From an uncultured Myxococcales bacterium (GTDB lineage Bacteria; Myxococcota_A; Polyangia; Palsa-1104; JAEUJZ01), in the NCBI GenBank assembly GCA_937952145.1, contig CALFYE010000301.1, positions 3,362 to 67,361 of the forward strand: a DNA stretch of 64,000 nucleotides, read 5' to 3'. Under the pieces are notes generated by a model. It ran no database searches and had not been told where the DNA came from. It saw only the letters and a list, made by a program, of their open reading frames with translations. The translations under genes and the position numbers were made by a program. This document shows, piece by piece, positions 27,538-39,902 of the stretch. The number at the start of each line of letters is the position of its first letter. Positions within the stretch are counted from its first letter, which is position 1.

Positions 27538-28692
27538 ATGCTGTCGAACAATCGGGCAAGCCTCTCGACCTATGCGCTCTTTACCTTGGCGGCGATTGGG
27601 TTATCCACAGCGGGGTGTAGTGGGACGGCGGCTCCTATGCTGGGGCAGTCGCTCACGCGGTTCCCCGAGGATGCGTTTCCGCTTCCGGCTGACAACCAAG
27701 CAAGCCCCGAGAGGATAGAGCTTGGACGCCTGCTATTTTTTGACCCCATCTTGTCGCAGAACCGTCGGGTGGCCTGCGGCAGCTGCCACCTACCCGAGCG
27801 GGCGCTGGCCGACAGCCGCCATCTGGGTGCGGCGCTGGCGCAGGAGCAGGGAGGGGTGTTGCCGCGCTCGACACCCACGATCTTCAATGTTCGGTTTCAG
27901 CACAGCCAGTTTTGGGACGGGCGGGCTGACAGCCTGGAAACCCTGGCCTTGATGCCGGTTGAGAACGTGCTGGAAATGGGTTCCTCGCGGGAACAGGCGG
28001 TGCGCGACGTGGCCGCGGTTCCTGAGTACGTCCGTCGGTTTCGCACCGCATACAACACCGAGGTAGACGAGCATGCCCTGCGGCGGGCGCTGGCCAGCTT
28101 TCTGCGCAGCGTGACCGCCAATGCCGCTCCGGTAGACCGCTACCTCGCCGGGAACGAGCCAGCGCTGTCCAGCGAGGCCACAGAGGGGTTTGAGCTGTAC
28201 TTCGGCAAAGCGCGCTGCAGTCGCTGTCACTACCTGCCGCTGTTTGCCGGGACCGAGGGCCCGTCGTTCGTCAACACCGAGTTCCGTATCACCGGCGTTC
28301 CTGAGCGCGGACAAGCGGCACTCACACGCGATCTCGGACGTGGCGGCGTCAGTGGCCTACCCGAGAGCGATGCCCAAGAATTCCGCCATGCCTTCAAAGC
28401 CCCGACGCTGCGGAACATCGACAAGACCGCGCCCTACATGCACAACGGCGCGTTTGACACGCTCGAACAGGTCATCGACTTTTACGACCGTGGACCCGAG
28501 GCACGCGGCTACACCGTACCCAACCTTGACTTCGTGCTGCAGCCAGGGCCCCTGGGCCTTAGCAGCGAAGAAAAACGGAAGCTCTTGGTGTTCCTGCGGG
28601 AAGGTCTAAGCGATCTCAGCCAGCTGCCAGGTGTGCCGGCGAGCGTGCCGAGCGGGCTGCAGCCGGGCGGCAGTCCCCCGGCCATTGAGTAG
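27538..28692 (+). CDS. Di-haem cytochrome c peroxidase (CCP/MauG family) lipoprotein
   Basis: Lipobox LSTAGCSG. Two CxxCH motifs are present (VACGSCH, ARCSRCH), plus the conserved FWDGRA and APYMHNGAFDTLEQVIDFY. Confidence 0.9.
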   Translation: MLSNNRASLSTYALFTLAAIGLSTAGCSGTAAPMLGQSLTRFPEDAFPLPADNQASPERIELGRLLFFDPILSQNRRVACGSCHLPERALADSRHLGAALAQEQGGVLPRSTPTIFNVRFQHSQFWDGRADSLETLALMPVENVLEMGSSREQAVRDVAAVPEYVRRFRTAYNTEVDEHALRRALASFLRSVTANAAPVDRYLAGNEPALSSEATEGFELYFGKARCSRCHYLPLFAGTEGPSFVNTEFRITGVPERGQAALTRDLGRGGVSGLPESDAQEFRHAFKAPTLRNIDKTAPYMHNGAFDTLEQVIDFYDRGPEARGYTVPNLDFVLQPGPLGLSSEEKRKLLVFLREGLSDLSQLPGVPASVPSGLQPGGSPPAIE

Positions 28693-28710
28693 GGTGGAGC
28701 GAGTCGCGGA

Positions 28711-30651
<1,941 letters not shown>

Positions 30652-30807
30652 ACACCTCTTGGAACTAGAAGGGGGAGACTTCGCAGCCTACCGTCGGCAG
30701 AGCTTGCTGCTTGAGGGGCTCGCGCCGGTTCACCGTTCGTTACTACGCCGTATCAACACCCCGGTGCGAAGTCTTGCCATTATTGCACAGCGAGGGTGAC
30801 AGTCAAC

Positions 30808-31977
30808 CTAAGCATTGCCCTCCCAGCCGTCGAGGATTTGTGTGAATTGGCCGGGGTCGGCCGCTTGGGACAGGGGGCTGGAAGTGGCCATGGGCGCAGG
30901 CAAAACCCTGGGGATGAGGAGGCGATCGCGGCAGCGCTCCACCCGTCCGCAGCCAGGCAGGTCCAGGCATTTTCGTCCGGCTGTACTGGCGCAGAGTCCG
31001 CGTAGCGCAGCCAGGTTCCGTGCGCTGAGTCCGGTGCCGGCAAGCTGTCGCAGCACGCGAGTCAGAATCGCCTGCGGTAGCTGTGTCAGCTCGCGGACGG
31101 GCAGGACAAGCACCGCCGCTGGGCCGGGCGCCAGCGAGTTTGGGGGCAGGGCGAGCAAGCGGGCCACAGCCTGCTGCGCCAGCTCATCGAGGCAGTCAGC
31201 GTCGGCACGCAGCTGATCAGAGAGCTCGAACAGGTGTTGGTCGAGGTGCGGCGCCAGGCCGCGTAGCTGCGGCAGTACCTCGAAGCGCAGGCGGGTCCGC
31301 AGATAGCGCGGGTTGCGGTTACTGGGGTCGGCGAAGGGCAGGGGCGCGGTAGCGATGCTGGCGTGCTCCAGAAAGGCCGTGATCTGGGCTCGTGAGACGC
31401 TGAGCAGCGGGCGCAGCAGGACGAGTTCGTGGCGGCCGGCCAGTCCGCGGCGGCTCCTCTGGCTCATGCCCGACAGGCCACGGGTGCCCGCCCCGCCGAG
31501 CCAGCGCATCAGCATGGTCTCGGCTTGGTCATCGCGCGTGTGCGCGACGCACAGATAGGGGATGTCCAGCTCCCGGGCTAGTGTCGTGAGGGCGCGATAA
31601 CGGGCGGCTCGCGCCTGCGCTTGCAGCGATGCCCCATCAGGAACTTTGATGCGCAGCACTGTGCCAGCGACCCCAAATCGAGCCGCACAGGCGAGCACGC
31701 TGTCCGCCTCGTGGGCCGCGCTGGCTCGCAGCCCGTGATCGACACAAGCGACGTGAAGCAGGCGGCCAAGCTCTGGCTGCAGTAGCGCCAGGCCTACCAA
31801 AAGCGCTGTCGAGTCCGGGCCGCCTGAGCAGGCAATCAAGAGCGGCCGACCATCGCCCGGCAGAGGGCGCAGCGCTCGCCGCAGCGCCCGCACAACGTCA
31901 GTGCGCAAGAGCCGCGAGACGAGGCTACGGCTCAGGCTCGACGAGTCCATTTCTGGCGCAGGCTGTAAGGGCGGCAC
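30808..31977 (-). CDS. tilS: tRNA(Ile)-lysidine synthetase
   Basis: PP-loop motif ACSGGPDSTAL. The gene sits in the classical position immediately upstream of ftsH. The start could instead be the internal MDSSSL. Confidence 0.85.
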   Translation of the reverse strand: MPPLQPAPEMDSSSLSRSLVSRLLRTDVVRALRRALRPLPGDGRPLLIACSGGPDSTALLVGLALLQPELGRLLHVACVDHGLRASAAHEADSVLACAARFGVAGTVLRIKVPDGASLQAQARAARYRALTTLARELDIPYLCVAHTRDDQAETMLMRWLGGAGTRGLSGMSQRSRRGLAGRHELVLLRPLLSVSRAQITAFLEHASIATAPLPFADPSNRNPRYLRTRLRFEVLPQLRGLAPHLDQHLFELSDQLRADADCLDELAQQAVARLLALPPNSLAPGPAAVLVLPVRELTQLPQAILTRVLRQLAGTGLSARNLAALRGLCASTAGRKCLDLPGCGRVERCRDRLLIPRVLPAPMATSSPLSQAADPGQFTQILDGWEGNA

Positions 31978-32108
31978 AGCGCGACGCTACCCCGACGCCG
32001 CCCGGGCGACAATGGCCTTGCACTGCAGCCTATGTGGTTGCCCGCCGCTGCCGTTCTTGCCCTCGCTGGTCGCTTCGTGGCAAGGTCGCATGCAAGAGGA
32101 ACACGTCT

Positions 32109-33272
<1,164 letters not shown>

Positions 33273-33329
33273 GGGGCGACGCATCCTGCGATCCGCTTCT
33301 GCATCAGGCCCTGGGCCAAGGAGACCCCC

Positions 33330-33797
33330 ATGCGCACAGTACAAATTCGAGCCCTGCAACTGCCAGCCGGAGCGTTCGTAGCGACGCTGTTTCTGGCGTT
33401 CGGCTGCTCTGAGGCGCCAAAGACGGTCAAGCCCTCGCCCAAGCCCTACGTCAAGCCCGAGACGCCGGCCTACGAGACGCCTACCGTCGAGAATACCGAG
33501 GAACGGGCGGCGGAAGTGCGCAAGGTCTGTACGCGCAAAGCCCAGACCAGCCCCGACATCTCGCGCTGCTGGATGCAGGAATCCGAGCGCAATGGCGGCA
33601 AGAAGTTCGAGGCCGAGATCCGCATCATGATGCTGGTCGGCCCCGACGGTCAGGCGCAGGAAGCCAACGTCCTCAACGGCGGCGAGCGCAAGGACCTTGA
33701 AGGCTGCGTGCTGGAGGCCGTCAAAGGCTGGTCGTATCCCACGGGGCAGACCGTGACCCCCGTGCAGTGCAACTTCTTCCTGCGCCCCATCATGTAG
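33330..33797 (+). CDS. Lipoprotein with an AgmX/PglI/TonB-C-like C-terminal domain
   Basis: Lipobox LFLAFGCSE, a Pro/Lys linker, then a domain with conserved Cys spacing (VCTRKA...RCW...GCVLEAVKGWSYP...CNFFL). Confidence 0.6.
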   Translation: MRTVQIRALQLPAGAFVATLFLAFGCSEAPKTVKPSPKPYVKPETPAYETPTVENTEERAAEVRKVCTRKAQTSPDISRCWMQESERNGGKKFEAEIRIMMLVGPDGQAQEANVLNGGERKDLEGCVLEAVKGWSYPTGQTVTPVQCNFFLRPIM

Positions 33798-33815
33798 GGC
33801 GGAGGGGCGAGCAAG

Positions 33816-34541
33816 ATGAAGCGTGCGTATGTCGTCGGAGCCGCGGCGTGGCTGTTGAGCGCTAGCCTCGCGTCTCTGGCGTGGAGCAAGAAGAAGCCCA
33901 AGGCCGAGCCCCCGCCGCCCGTCGCGGCCGAGATGCAGGTCGAGGGGACGGTGGGTGAGCTAGATGATGGTGCGGTGCAGCGCGTGCTGCAGGCCAACCA
34001 TGGGGCGATGCGGCGCTGCTACGACGAGCAAGCCGGTCGCTTGCACTACGTCGGGGGCCATCTTGAGCTCAAGGTCCGCGTGCTGCCCAGCGGCCAGCCG
34101 AAGTGGGTCGCCATCACCGATTCCAACGTCGGCAACACCGAGATCGAGCAGTGCGTCGTCGGGGTCCTAGAAAAGACGCGCTTTCCCGCACCCAAAGGCG
34201 GCGAAGGCGAGCTGACCTGCCCCATCGACTTCGCGGCGCGCACGCCCACCGGTAGCTGGCCGGGCGAGCGCATTGCCAGCGTCATCGGCAAGAAAAAGTC
34301 CGCCATCGCTGGCTGCCGAGGCAAGCCGGGCACCGCGGCTCTCAAATCGCTGCGACTGACGCTGTACGTTGGACCCGGCGGCAGTGCCACCTCGGCCGGC
34401 TTTTCGGCGGACGAACCCCAGGACAAAAAGCTCAGCCAGTGCGTCGCCGATCGGCTGCTTGCGCTGCACTACGACGACCCGCTGGGGCAGATGGTCAAGG
34501 TCTCGTTTTCGTTCGCGGATCTGTTTGCAAACGGCAAATGA
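33816..34541 (+). CDS. Secreted protein with two AgmX/PglI/TonB-C-like modules
   Basis: There is a signal peptide. Two similar modules are present (VQRVLQANHGAMRRCYDE...IEQCVVGVLEKTRFPAP and VIGKKKSAIAGCRGK...LSQCVADRLLALHYDDP). The stop overlaps the next ACAD start as ATGA (34538-34541). Confidence 0.6.
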   Translation: MKRAYVVGAAAWLLSASLASLAWSKKKPKAEPPPPVAAEMQVEGTVGELDDGAVQRVLQANHGAMRRCYDEQAGRLHYVGGHLELKVRVLPSGQPKWVAITDSNVGNTEIEQCVVGVLEKTRFPAPKGGEGELTCPIDFAARTPTGSWPGERIASVIGKKKSAIAGCRGKPGTAALKSLRLTLYVGPGGSATSAGFSADEPQDKKLSQCVADRLLALHYDDPLGQMVKVSFSFADLFANGK

Positions 34542-35716
34542 ACTTCGAACTCACGGAAGAACAGCAGCTCATCGTCAAGACGGCGCGCGAGTTCGCGATG
34601 TCCACCCTCGCGCCGCGGGCGGGGGCGCGTGATCGTCTCAACATCTTTCCCGAGCCTGAGCTGAAGCAGCTTGCTGAGCTTGGCCTGCTGGGTGTCAACG
34701 TGCCCGAGTCGCTGGGCGGCGTGCAGGCCGGTACCGTCGCCTACGCCTTGGCGCTGACTGAGATCGCCGCCGCCGATGCCTCGGTTGCCGTGGCGATGGC
34801 CGTCACCAACATGGTGGCTGAGCTGATTTGCACGTTCGGCAGCGATGAACAGAAAGTGCTGTTTGTGCCCAAGCTGTGCTCTGGCGAGGCGCAGTGCGGC
34901 GCCTTTGGCTTGTCAGAGCCGCACTCGGGCTCAGACGCCGGCGCGATGCGCACCACGGCCACCGCCACAAGCGATGGCTATCGCCTAGATGGCAGCAAGC
35001 TCTGGATCACCTCGGGAGACCGCGCCGGTGTGCTGATCATTTGGGCCCGTACCGATGGCGGAGCCGGACTGCGACCGGGGGGCAAGCCGGCGAGCGGCAT
35101 CAGTGCCTTTATTGTCCCCGGCGGTACTCCGGGCCTTTCAGCTGGCCAGCCTGAGCACAAGCTGGGCCTGCACGGCTCGACGACAGTGCCGCTGACCCTG
35201 GAAGGCTGCTGCGTGCCCAAGAGTGCGCTCCTGGGGCGGGTTGGCGATGGCTTCAAGCTGGCGATGGCGGCCCTCGATGGTGGGCGCATCGGTATCGCGG
35301 CTCAGGCGATCGGCGTCGCGCGCGCGGCCTTCAGCGCCGCCAAGACTTATGCGCAAGAGCGGCGGCAGTTTGGCCAGCCCATCGCGCAGTTCCAGGCCAT
35401 CCAGAACATGCTCGCTGACTCGGCCACGCAGCTGGAAGCGGCGCGCCTGCTGACGCTGCGTGCGGCGTATCTGAAGCAGCAGGGCCTGCCGTTTTCGCCC
35501 CGGGCCGCGATGGCCAAGCTCTACGCCAGCGAGATGGCCGGTCGAGTCTGTGATATGGCTCTGCAGGTGCACGGCGGCTACGGCTACACCCAAGAGTTTC
35601 CCGTCGAGAGATATCTACGCGATGCGCGCGTACAGCGCATCTATGAAGGCACGAGCGAGATCCAGCGCATGGTGATTGCCCGCTCGCTGCTCAAGGAGTT
35701 CGTCGACCATGTCTGA
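34538..35716 (+). CDS. Acyl-CoA dehydrogenase
   Basis: The in-frame ATG at 34538 gives [20 protein letters not shown]. Further motifs: [50 protein letters not shown]. Confidence 0.9.
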   Translation: MNFELTEEQQLIVKTAREFAMSTLAPRAGARDRLNIFPEPELKQLAELGLLGVNVPESLGGVQAGTVAYALALTEIAAADASVAVAMAVTNMVAELICTFGSDEQKVLFVPKLCSGEAQCGAFGLSEPHSGSDAGAMRTTATATSDGYRLDGSKLWITSGDRAGVLIIWARTDGGAGLRPGGKPASGISAFIVPGGTPGLSAGQPEHKLGLHGSTTVPLTLEGCCVPKSALLGRVGDGFKLAMAALDGGRIGIAAQAIGVARAAFSAAKTYAQERRQFGQPIAQFQAIQNMLADSATQLEAARLLTLRAAYLKQQGLPFSPRAAMAKLYASEMAGRVCDMALQVHGGYGYTQEFPVERYLRDARVQRIYEGTSEIQRMVIARSLLKEFVDHV

Positions 35717-36182
35717 GAAGCCCCTTCCAGAAAAGGCTGGCGGCAAGAGCCACGCAAAGACCGGCGCGTCGAAGCTGCGCATCCTCATCGCCAAGCCGGG
35801 ACTGGATGGTCACGATCGCGGTGCCAAGGTCGTGGCTCGCGCGCTGTCCGATGCTGGCTACGAAGTGATCTACACCGGCCTGCACCAGACTCCCGAGATG
35901 ATCGCCGCCACCGCGGTGCAAGAAGCCGTCGATGCGGTTGGGCTTTCGATCATGTCGGGCGCGCACATGACGCTGTTCCCCGCTGTCATGGCCGAGCTAA
36001 CCAAGCGCGATGCCGGTGACGTCATCATTTTTGGTGGCGGCATCATTCCCGAAGACGACGAAAAAGAGCTGCGTGAGCACGGCGTGCGAGCCATCTTCAA
36101 GCCCGGTGCATCCACGCACGAGATCGTCGATTTCATCGAGACGGTGGTGCGTCCGCACGCCGAAGCCAGCCGCCTATCCTAG
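35709..36182 (+). CDS. Stand-alone cobalamin-binding domain protein (methylmalonyl/isobutyryl-CoA mutase small-subunit type)
   Basis: The ATG at 35709 overlaps the upstream stop. The B12-binding DxHxxG motif is present in [18 protein letters not shown], followed by GLSIMSGAH and IIFGGGIIP. Confidence 0.85.
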   Translation: MSEKPLPEKAGGKSHAKTGASKLRILIAKPGLDGHDRGAKVVARALSDAGYEVIYTGLHQTPEMIAATAVQEAVDAVGLSIMSGAHMTLFPAVMAELTKRDAGDVIIFGGGIIPEDDEKELREHGVRAIFKPGASTHEIVDFIETVVRPHAEASRLS

Positions 36183-36259
36183 CGCGGCTCCCGTCTTGCC
36201 CTGTCCACTTTTCCGCGGGGGATCACGACCCACGCGATAGCCCGAAGCAAAGGCCTGTC

Positions 36260-37438
36260 ATGCTCGACTTTGAACTCTCCGAAGACCTGCGCGTGTTGCA
36301 AAAGACCGTGCGCGAATTTGCCGCTGCGGAAGTGGCGCCGCACTGCCATCGCTGGAACGAAGAAGAGCGCTTCCCACACGAGCTCATTCCCAAGCTGGGC
36401 GCGCTGGGTCTGCTTGGCATGGCCATCCCCGAGACCTATGGCGGGGCCGAGCTATCGCTGCAGGCCATTGCGCTCGTCGTCGAGGAGCTGGCCGCGGTCG
36501 ATGGCAGTGTGGCGATCACCGTCGCTTCGCACAATGGGCTCGCTTCCGGGCACATCCTGCTCGCTGGCACAGAAGAGCAGAAGCGCAAGTACCTGCCCGA
36601 TCTGGCGAGCGGCAAGAACCTCGGCGCCTGGGGTCTGACCGAGCCGGGCTCGGGCTCCGATGCTGCCGGGGCTCGCACCCGTGCGACGCGGCTGCCCGAT
36701 GGCAGCTGGAGCATCACCGGCACCAAGACCTTCATCACGCAGGGCTCGGTTGGTGGCACTTTTGTCATCCTGGCGGTGACGACGCCGGAAAAGAAACAGC
36801 ACGGCATCACCGCGTTTATCGTCGAGCGCGGCACCCCGGGCTTCCGAGCGGGCCGAGTGCTCGAAAAGATGGGCCTGCACGCCTCGGACACCGCTGAGCT
36901 GATCCTGGAAGACGTGCGCTTGCCCGACAGTCAGCGCCTGGGCGAAGTCGATCACGGCTTCATCGATACCCTGAAGATCCTCGATAAGGGTCGCGTCACC
37001 ATCGCCGCCATGGCGCTGGGTCTTGGCTACGGTGCGCACGAGGCCGCGCGTCGTTACGCCCGCGAGCGCAAGCAGTTCGGCAAGTCGCTGGCTGAGTTCC
37101 AAGCGATCCAGAACATGCTGGCCGACAACGCAGTCGAGCTCGACGCAGCGCGGCTTCTGATTCGGCGCGCGGCTTGGATGTACGACCAGGGGCAGCGCAT
37201 CACGCTGTCGGCGTCGATGGCCAAGCTGTACGCGGCACAGGCGGCGATGCGCGCCTGCAACCGGGCAGTGCAGATCCACGGCGGCTACGGCTACACCCGC
37301 GAGTATCCCGTCGAGCGCCACATGCGCGACGCCAAGCTCTGCGAGATCGGCGAGGGCACGAACGAAGTGCAGCGCATGGTGATCTGTCGTCAGCTCCTCC
37401 AGCGCGGGGACCTACACGTCCCACATCTCCTCGCCTAG
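36260..37438 (+). CDS. Acyl-CoA dehydrogenase
   Basis: Motifs: MLDFELSEDLRVLQKTVREFA, GAWGLTEPGSGSDA, HGGYGYTREYPVERHMRDAKLCEIGEGTNEVQRMVI. Confidence 0.9.
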   Translation: MLDFELSEDLRVLQKTVREFAAAEVAPHCHRWNEEERFPHELIPKLGALGLLGMAIPETYGGAELSLQAIALVVEELAAVDGSVAITVASHNGLASGHILLAGTEEQKRKYLPDLASGKNLGAWGLTEPGSGSDAAGARTRATRLPDGSWSITGTKTFITQGSVGGTFVILAVTTPEKKQHGITAFIVERGTPGFRAGRVLEKMGLHASDTAELILEDVRLPDSQRLGEVDHGFIDTLKILDKGRVTIAAMALGLGYGAHEAARRYARERKQFGKSLAEFQAIQNMLADNAVELDAARLLIRRAAWMYDQGQRITLSASMAKLYAAQAAMRACNRAVQIHGGYGYTREYPVERHMRDAKLCEIGEGTNEVQRMVICRQLLQRGDLHVPHLLA

Positions 37439-37465
37439 CTGCTCAGCGAGCGCGGGGGCCCGGGC

Positions 37466-37528
37466 CGGGGAATCCATCCCCCAGGGGGCGAGCCGCTGGG
37501 AGCTGGGGTGGGGGATTGATCCCCCAGG
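37466..37528. repeat. Two copies of a GGGGA(A/T)T..ATCCCCCAGG hairpin-forming motif, 44 bp apart
   Basis: Copy 1 at 37466-37484 is ggggaatccatcccccagg. Copy 2 at 37510-37528 is gggggattgatcccccagg. Each can fold as a G5/C5 stem. They lie just downstream of the third ACAD gene and may act as a terminator or as a repeated intergenic element. Confidence 0.4.
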
Positions 37529-37556
37529 CTAGCGGCACTCTCCGTCGGAGATCACC

Positions 37557-37572
37557 TGGCACGTATCTGGCG
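37557..37572 (+). promoter_or_regulatory. Candidate sigma-54 (-24/-12) promoter TGGCACGTATCTGGCG
   Basis: It matches the consensus TGGCACG-N4-TTGCW at the GG (-24) and GC (-12) dinucleotides with correct spacing, with one mismatch (TGGC versus TTGC). It lies about 35 nt upstream of the PP2C ATG at 37607. Confidence 0.45.
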
Positions 37573-37606
37573 ATGACTTCCCTCTGTCAAACGGAGGTCA
37601 GTCATC

Positions 37607-38458
37607 ATGTCAGCCGCATCGCCCAGCTCACCCCTGCCTGTTGTTGCCGCTCCGACCGTTGCTACTCGAGTTCCAGCTCGTCCCCGGCTCGCCCGCGTCG
37701 AGAGCTTCGCCGCCACCAGCGTGGGGCGTCGCGAGAGCAACGAAGACGGCCTGCTGCACCTGTCGGCACAGGGCCTATTTTCCGTCGCTGACGGGATGGG
37801 CGGTTATGAAGGTGGCGAGGTCGCCAGCCAGATCGTCGTCGAGACACTGCAGCAGGTGTACGAGCGCCTGCGCGCCGACGCCGATGCCACGTTTCCGTGG
37901 CGCCTCGATCGCGAAAAGACGCTGGAGGAGAACCTGCTCGTCGCCGCGATCCGCTTGGCCAATCGCGCCATCATTGCTCGTCGCGTCGGGCCGCTGCGCG
38001 ACATGGGATCGACGGTGGTGGCGATGGTGCTCGGCGAGCGCAGCGTCGTCTTGGCACATGTCGGAGACAGCCGCATCTACCGCCTGCGCGGTGGCGAGCT
38101 TTCGGCGATGACGCGCGATCATTCGCTGTATGAAGAAGCGCGCTCAGCGGGCTTTGGCGACATGATGCGCAGCAAGCGTGACTGCCCATACGCCAACGTC
38201 ATCACGCGGGCCCTGGGTCTGGCGGAGCGGGCGGAACCCGATGTGCGTACCGTCGATATCGAGCGCGGCGACATCTTTCTTCTGTGCTCCGATGGGCTGA
38301 GCGATCCTCTGTCCGAGGAGGGGCTGGCTGAGCTTCTGCGCGGCGCTGCTGCATCGAGCAAGAACGCGCTCAAAGACACCACGGAAGCGCTGATTCGCGC
38401 GGCGTACGACGCAGGGGGGCGCGACAATATCTCGGCCATCGTGGTGCGCGTGCTCTAA
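37607..38458 (+). CDS. PP2C-family Ser/Thr protein phosphatase
   Basis: Motifs: RESNEDG, FSVADGMGGYEGGEVAS, GSTVVAMVL, HVGDSRIYRL, LCSDGLSD, GGRDNISAIVVRV. Confidence 0.9.
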   Translation: MSAASPSSPLPVVAAPTVATRVPARPRLARVESFAATSVGRRESNEDGLLHLSAQGLFSVADGMGGYEGGEVASQIVVETLQQVYERLRADADATFPWRLDREKTLEENLLVAAIRLANRAIIARRVGPLRDMGSTVVAMVLGERSVVLAHVGDSRIYRLRGGELSAMTRDHSLYEEARSAGFGDMMRSKRDCPYANVITRALGLAERAEPDVRTVDIERGDIFLLCSDGLSDPLSEEGLAELLRGAAASSKNALKDTTEALIRAAYDAGGRDNISAIVVRVL

Positions 38459-38483
38459 CGCCTTGCGCAGCCCCTAAGCCCGC

Positions 38484-39902
38484 CTAGTCGGCGCCCGTCC
38501 CGTCGTCGCTGTCGTCCCCACCGGCATCTTTGCCCGAGACCAAGCCGTGTTTGCGCAAGAGGGTTCGCAGGTGCTTGCGGTCAAGCTCCGCCGCGCGGGC
38601 CGCTGCCGAGATGTTGCCGCCATGGCGTTCTTTGAGATCGCGCAGATAGCGCAGCTCAAAGGTGTGCAGCACCGCAGCCTTGGCTTCGGCATAGGGCAGA
38701 TCGCTGCGCACCGCCACGCCCTCTTCCGCCGCCGCCTGCGGCGCGATTTGCAAGCGCAGATCAGCGAAGGATGTGGCGCCCGGCGACAGCGCGATGGCGC
38801 GATCGATCAGGTTGCGTAACTCGCGCAGGTTGCCGGGGAACGAGTGGGCCATCAGGCGGTCCAGGTTGGGACCCGCGACGCGGCCCGCTGCCAGACCCCG
38901 GCGTCGCATGAGCTCGGTGACCAGCGCCGGAATGTCTTCGCGACGGGCCCGCAGCGGTGGCAGAACGACGCGCACGACCGACAGGCGATAGAACAGATCA
39001 GGGCGAAAGCTGCCCTCGGCGACCCGCATCGTCAGATCGATCGGTGAGGCGGCCAGCACGCGGACATCGACGCGCTTTTCGACATCGGCGCCGACCGGAC
39101 GCACGGTTCGCTCTTCCAAGACGCGCAGCAGGCGAGCCTGCATCGACAGCGGTACCGTGCCCAGCTCGTCGAGAAAAATCGTCCCGCCATGGGCGCGGGC
39201 GAAGGCCCCAGCCCGACTCTGCGCTGCGCCGGTGAAGGCGCCTTTGACGTGACCAAACAGCTCGCTTTCGAGCAGCGTCTCGGGCAGGGCTCCGCAGTCG
39301 ATGGCGACGAAGGGGCCGCTCTTGCGGGCACTCTTTTCGTGGAGCGCCCGCGCCGCCAGCTCCTTGCCGGTCCCGGTCTCGCCTTCGAGCAGCACGGTGA
39401 CGTCCGAGGCAGCGGCGAGTTCCAGCACGGCGAATAGCTCGCGCATGCTCAGGCTCTCGGCCACCATGTCGCCGAAGCGGCGCGACTGGCTGGGCGTGAC
39501 ATCGAGCGGCTGCGGCTGCGGCTGAATGCGCACGAAGCTGCGACCTAGCTTGAAGGTCGCACCGACGCTAACGGTCACCTCGCTCACGCGTGAGCCTTCG
39601 TACCAGGTGCCGTTGCGGCTGCCGAGATCGCGGACCACAAAGCGACCCGCTACCTCGCGCACGGCCATGTGTTTGCGCGACACGCGCTCGTCGCGCAGTA
39701 CCAGATCACAGTCAGCGCCACCGCCCACCAGGGTCTCGGTGCCGCCGGGTTTTAGCGTCGCGGCGCGACCGCTGTCGGGGCCTTCAACGACCACTAGCTG
39801 ACGGCTGCGCGAACCGCTCGCAGCGCCGGCAAGCGCCTCGCTGTGAACCGTCGCAACCGTGCTGTCCTCACGCATCAGCAGGTAGCTTAAACTAGTTGCC
39901 AT
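38484..39902 (-). CDS. Sigma-54-dependent transcriptional activator with an N-terminal FHA domain
   Basis: FHA-like segment: [11 protein letters not shown]...[19 protein letters not shown]...[11 protein letters not shown]+ core: [36 protein letters not shown]-terminal [24 protein letters not shown]. The maximal ORF reaches 40058. I prefer the ATG at 39902 (MATSLSYL) or at 39875, because the longer version would overlap the divergent lipoprotein gene. Confidence 0.85.
   Translation of the reverse strand: MATSLSYLLMREDSTVATVHSEALAGAASGSRSRQLVVVEGPDSGRAATLKPGGTETLVGGGADCDLVLRDERVSRKHMAVREVAGRFVVRDLGSRNGTWYEGSRVSEVTVSVGATFKLGRSFVRIQPQPQPLDVTPSQSRRFGDMVAESLSMRELFAVLELAAASDVTVLLEGETGTGKELAARALHEKSARKSGPFVAIDCGALPETLLESELFGHVKGAFTGAAQSRAGAFARAHGGTIFLDELGTVPLSMQARLLRVLEERTVRPVGADVEKRVDVRVLAASPIDLTMRVAEGSFRPDLFYRLSVVRVVLPPLRARREDIPALVTELMRRRGLAAGRVAGPNLDRLMAHSFPGNLRELRNLIDRAIALSPGATSFADLRLQIAPQAAAEEGVAVRSDLPYAEAKAAVLHTFELRYLRDLKERHGGNISAAARAAELDRKHLRTLLRKHGLVSGKDAGGDDSDDGTGAD

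Noticed and set aside
32078-32094. A sigma-54-like element TGGCAAGGTCGCATGCA upstream of the first acyl-CoA dehydrogenase.
   Set aside because: The GG to GC spacing is one nucleotide longer than the canonical -24/-12 spacing, and the -24 hexamer has a mismatch. It is too weak to call.
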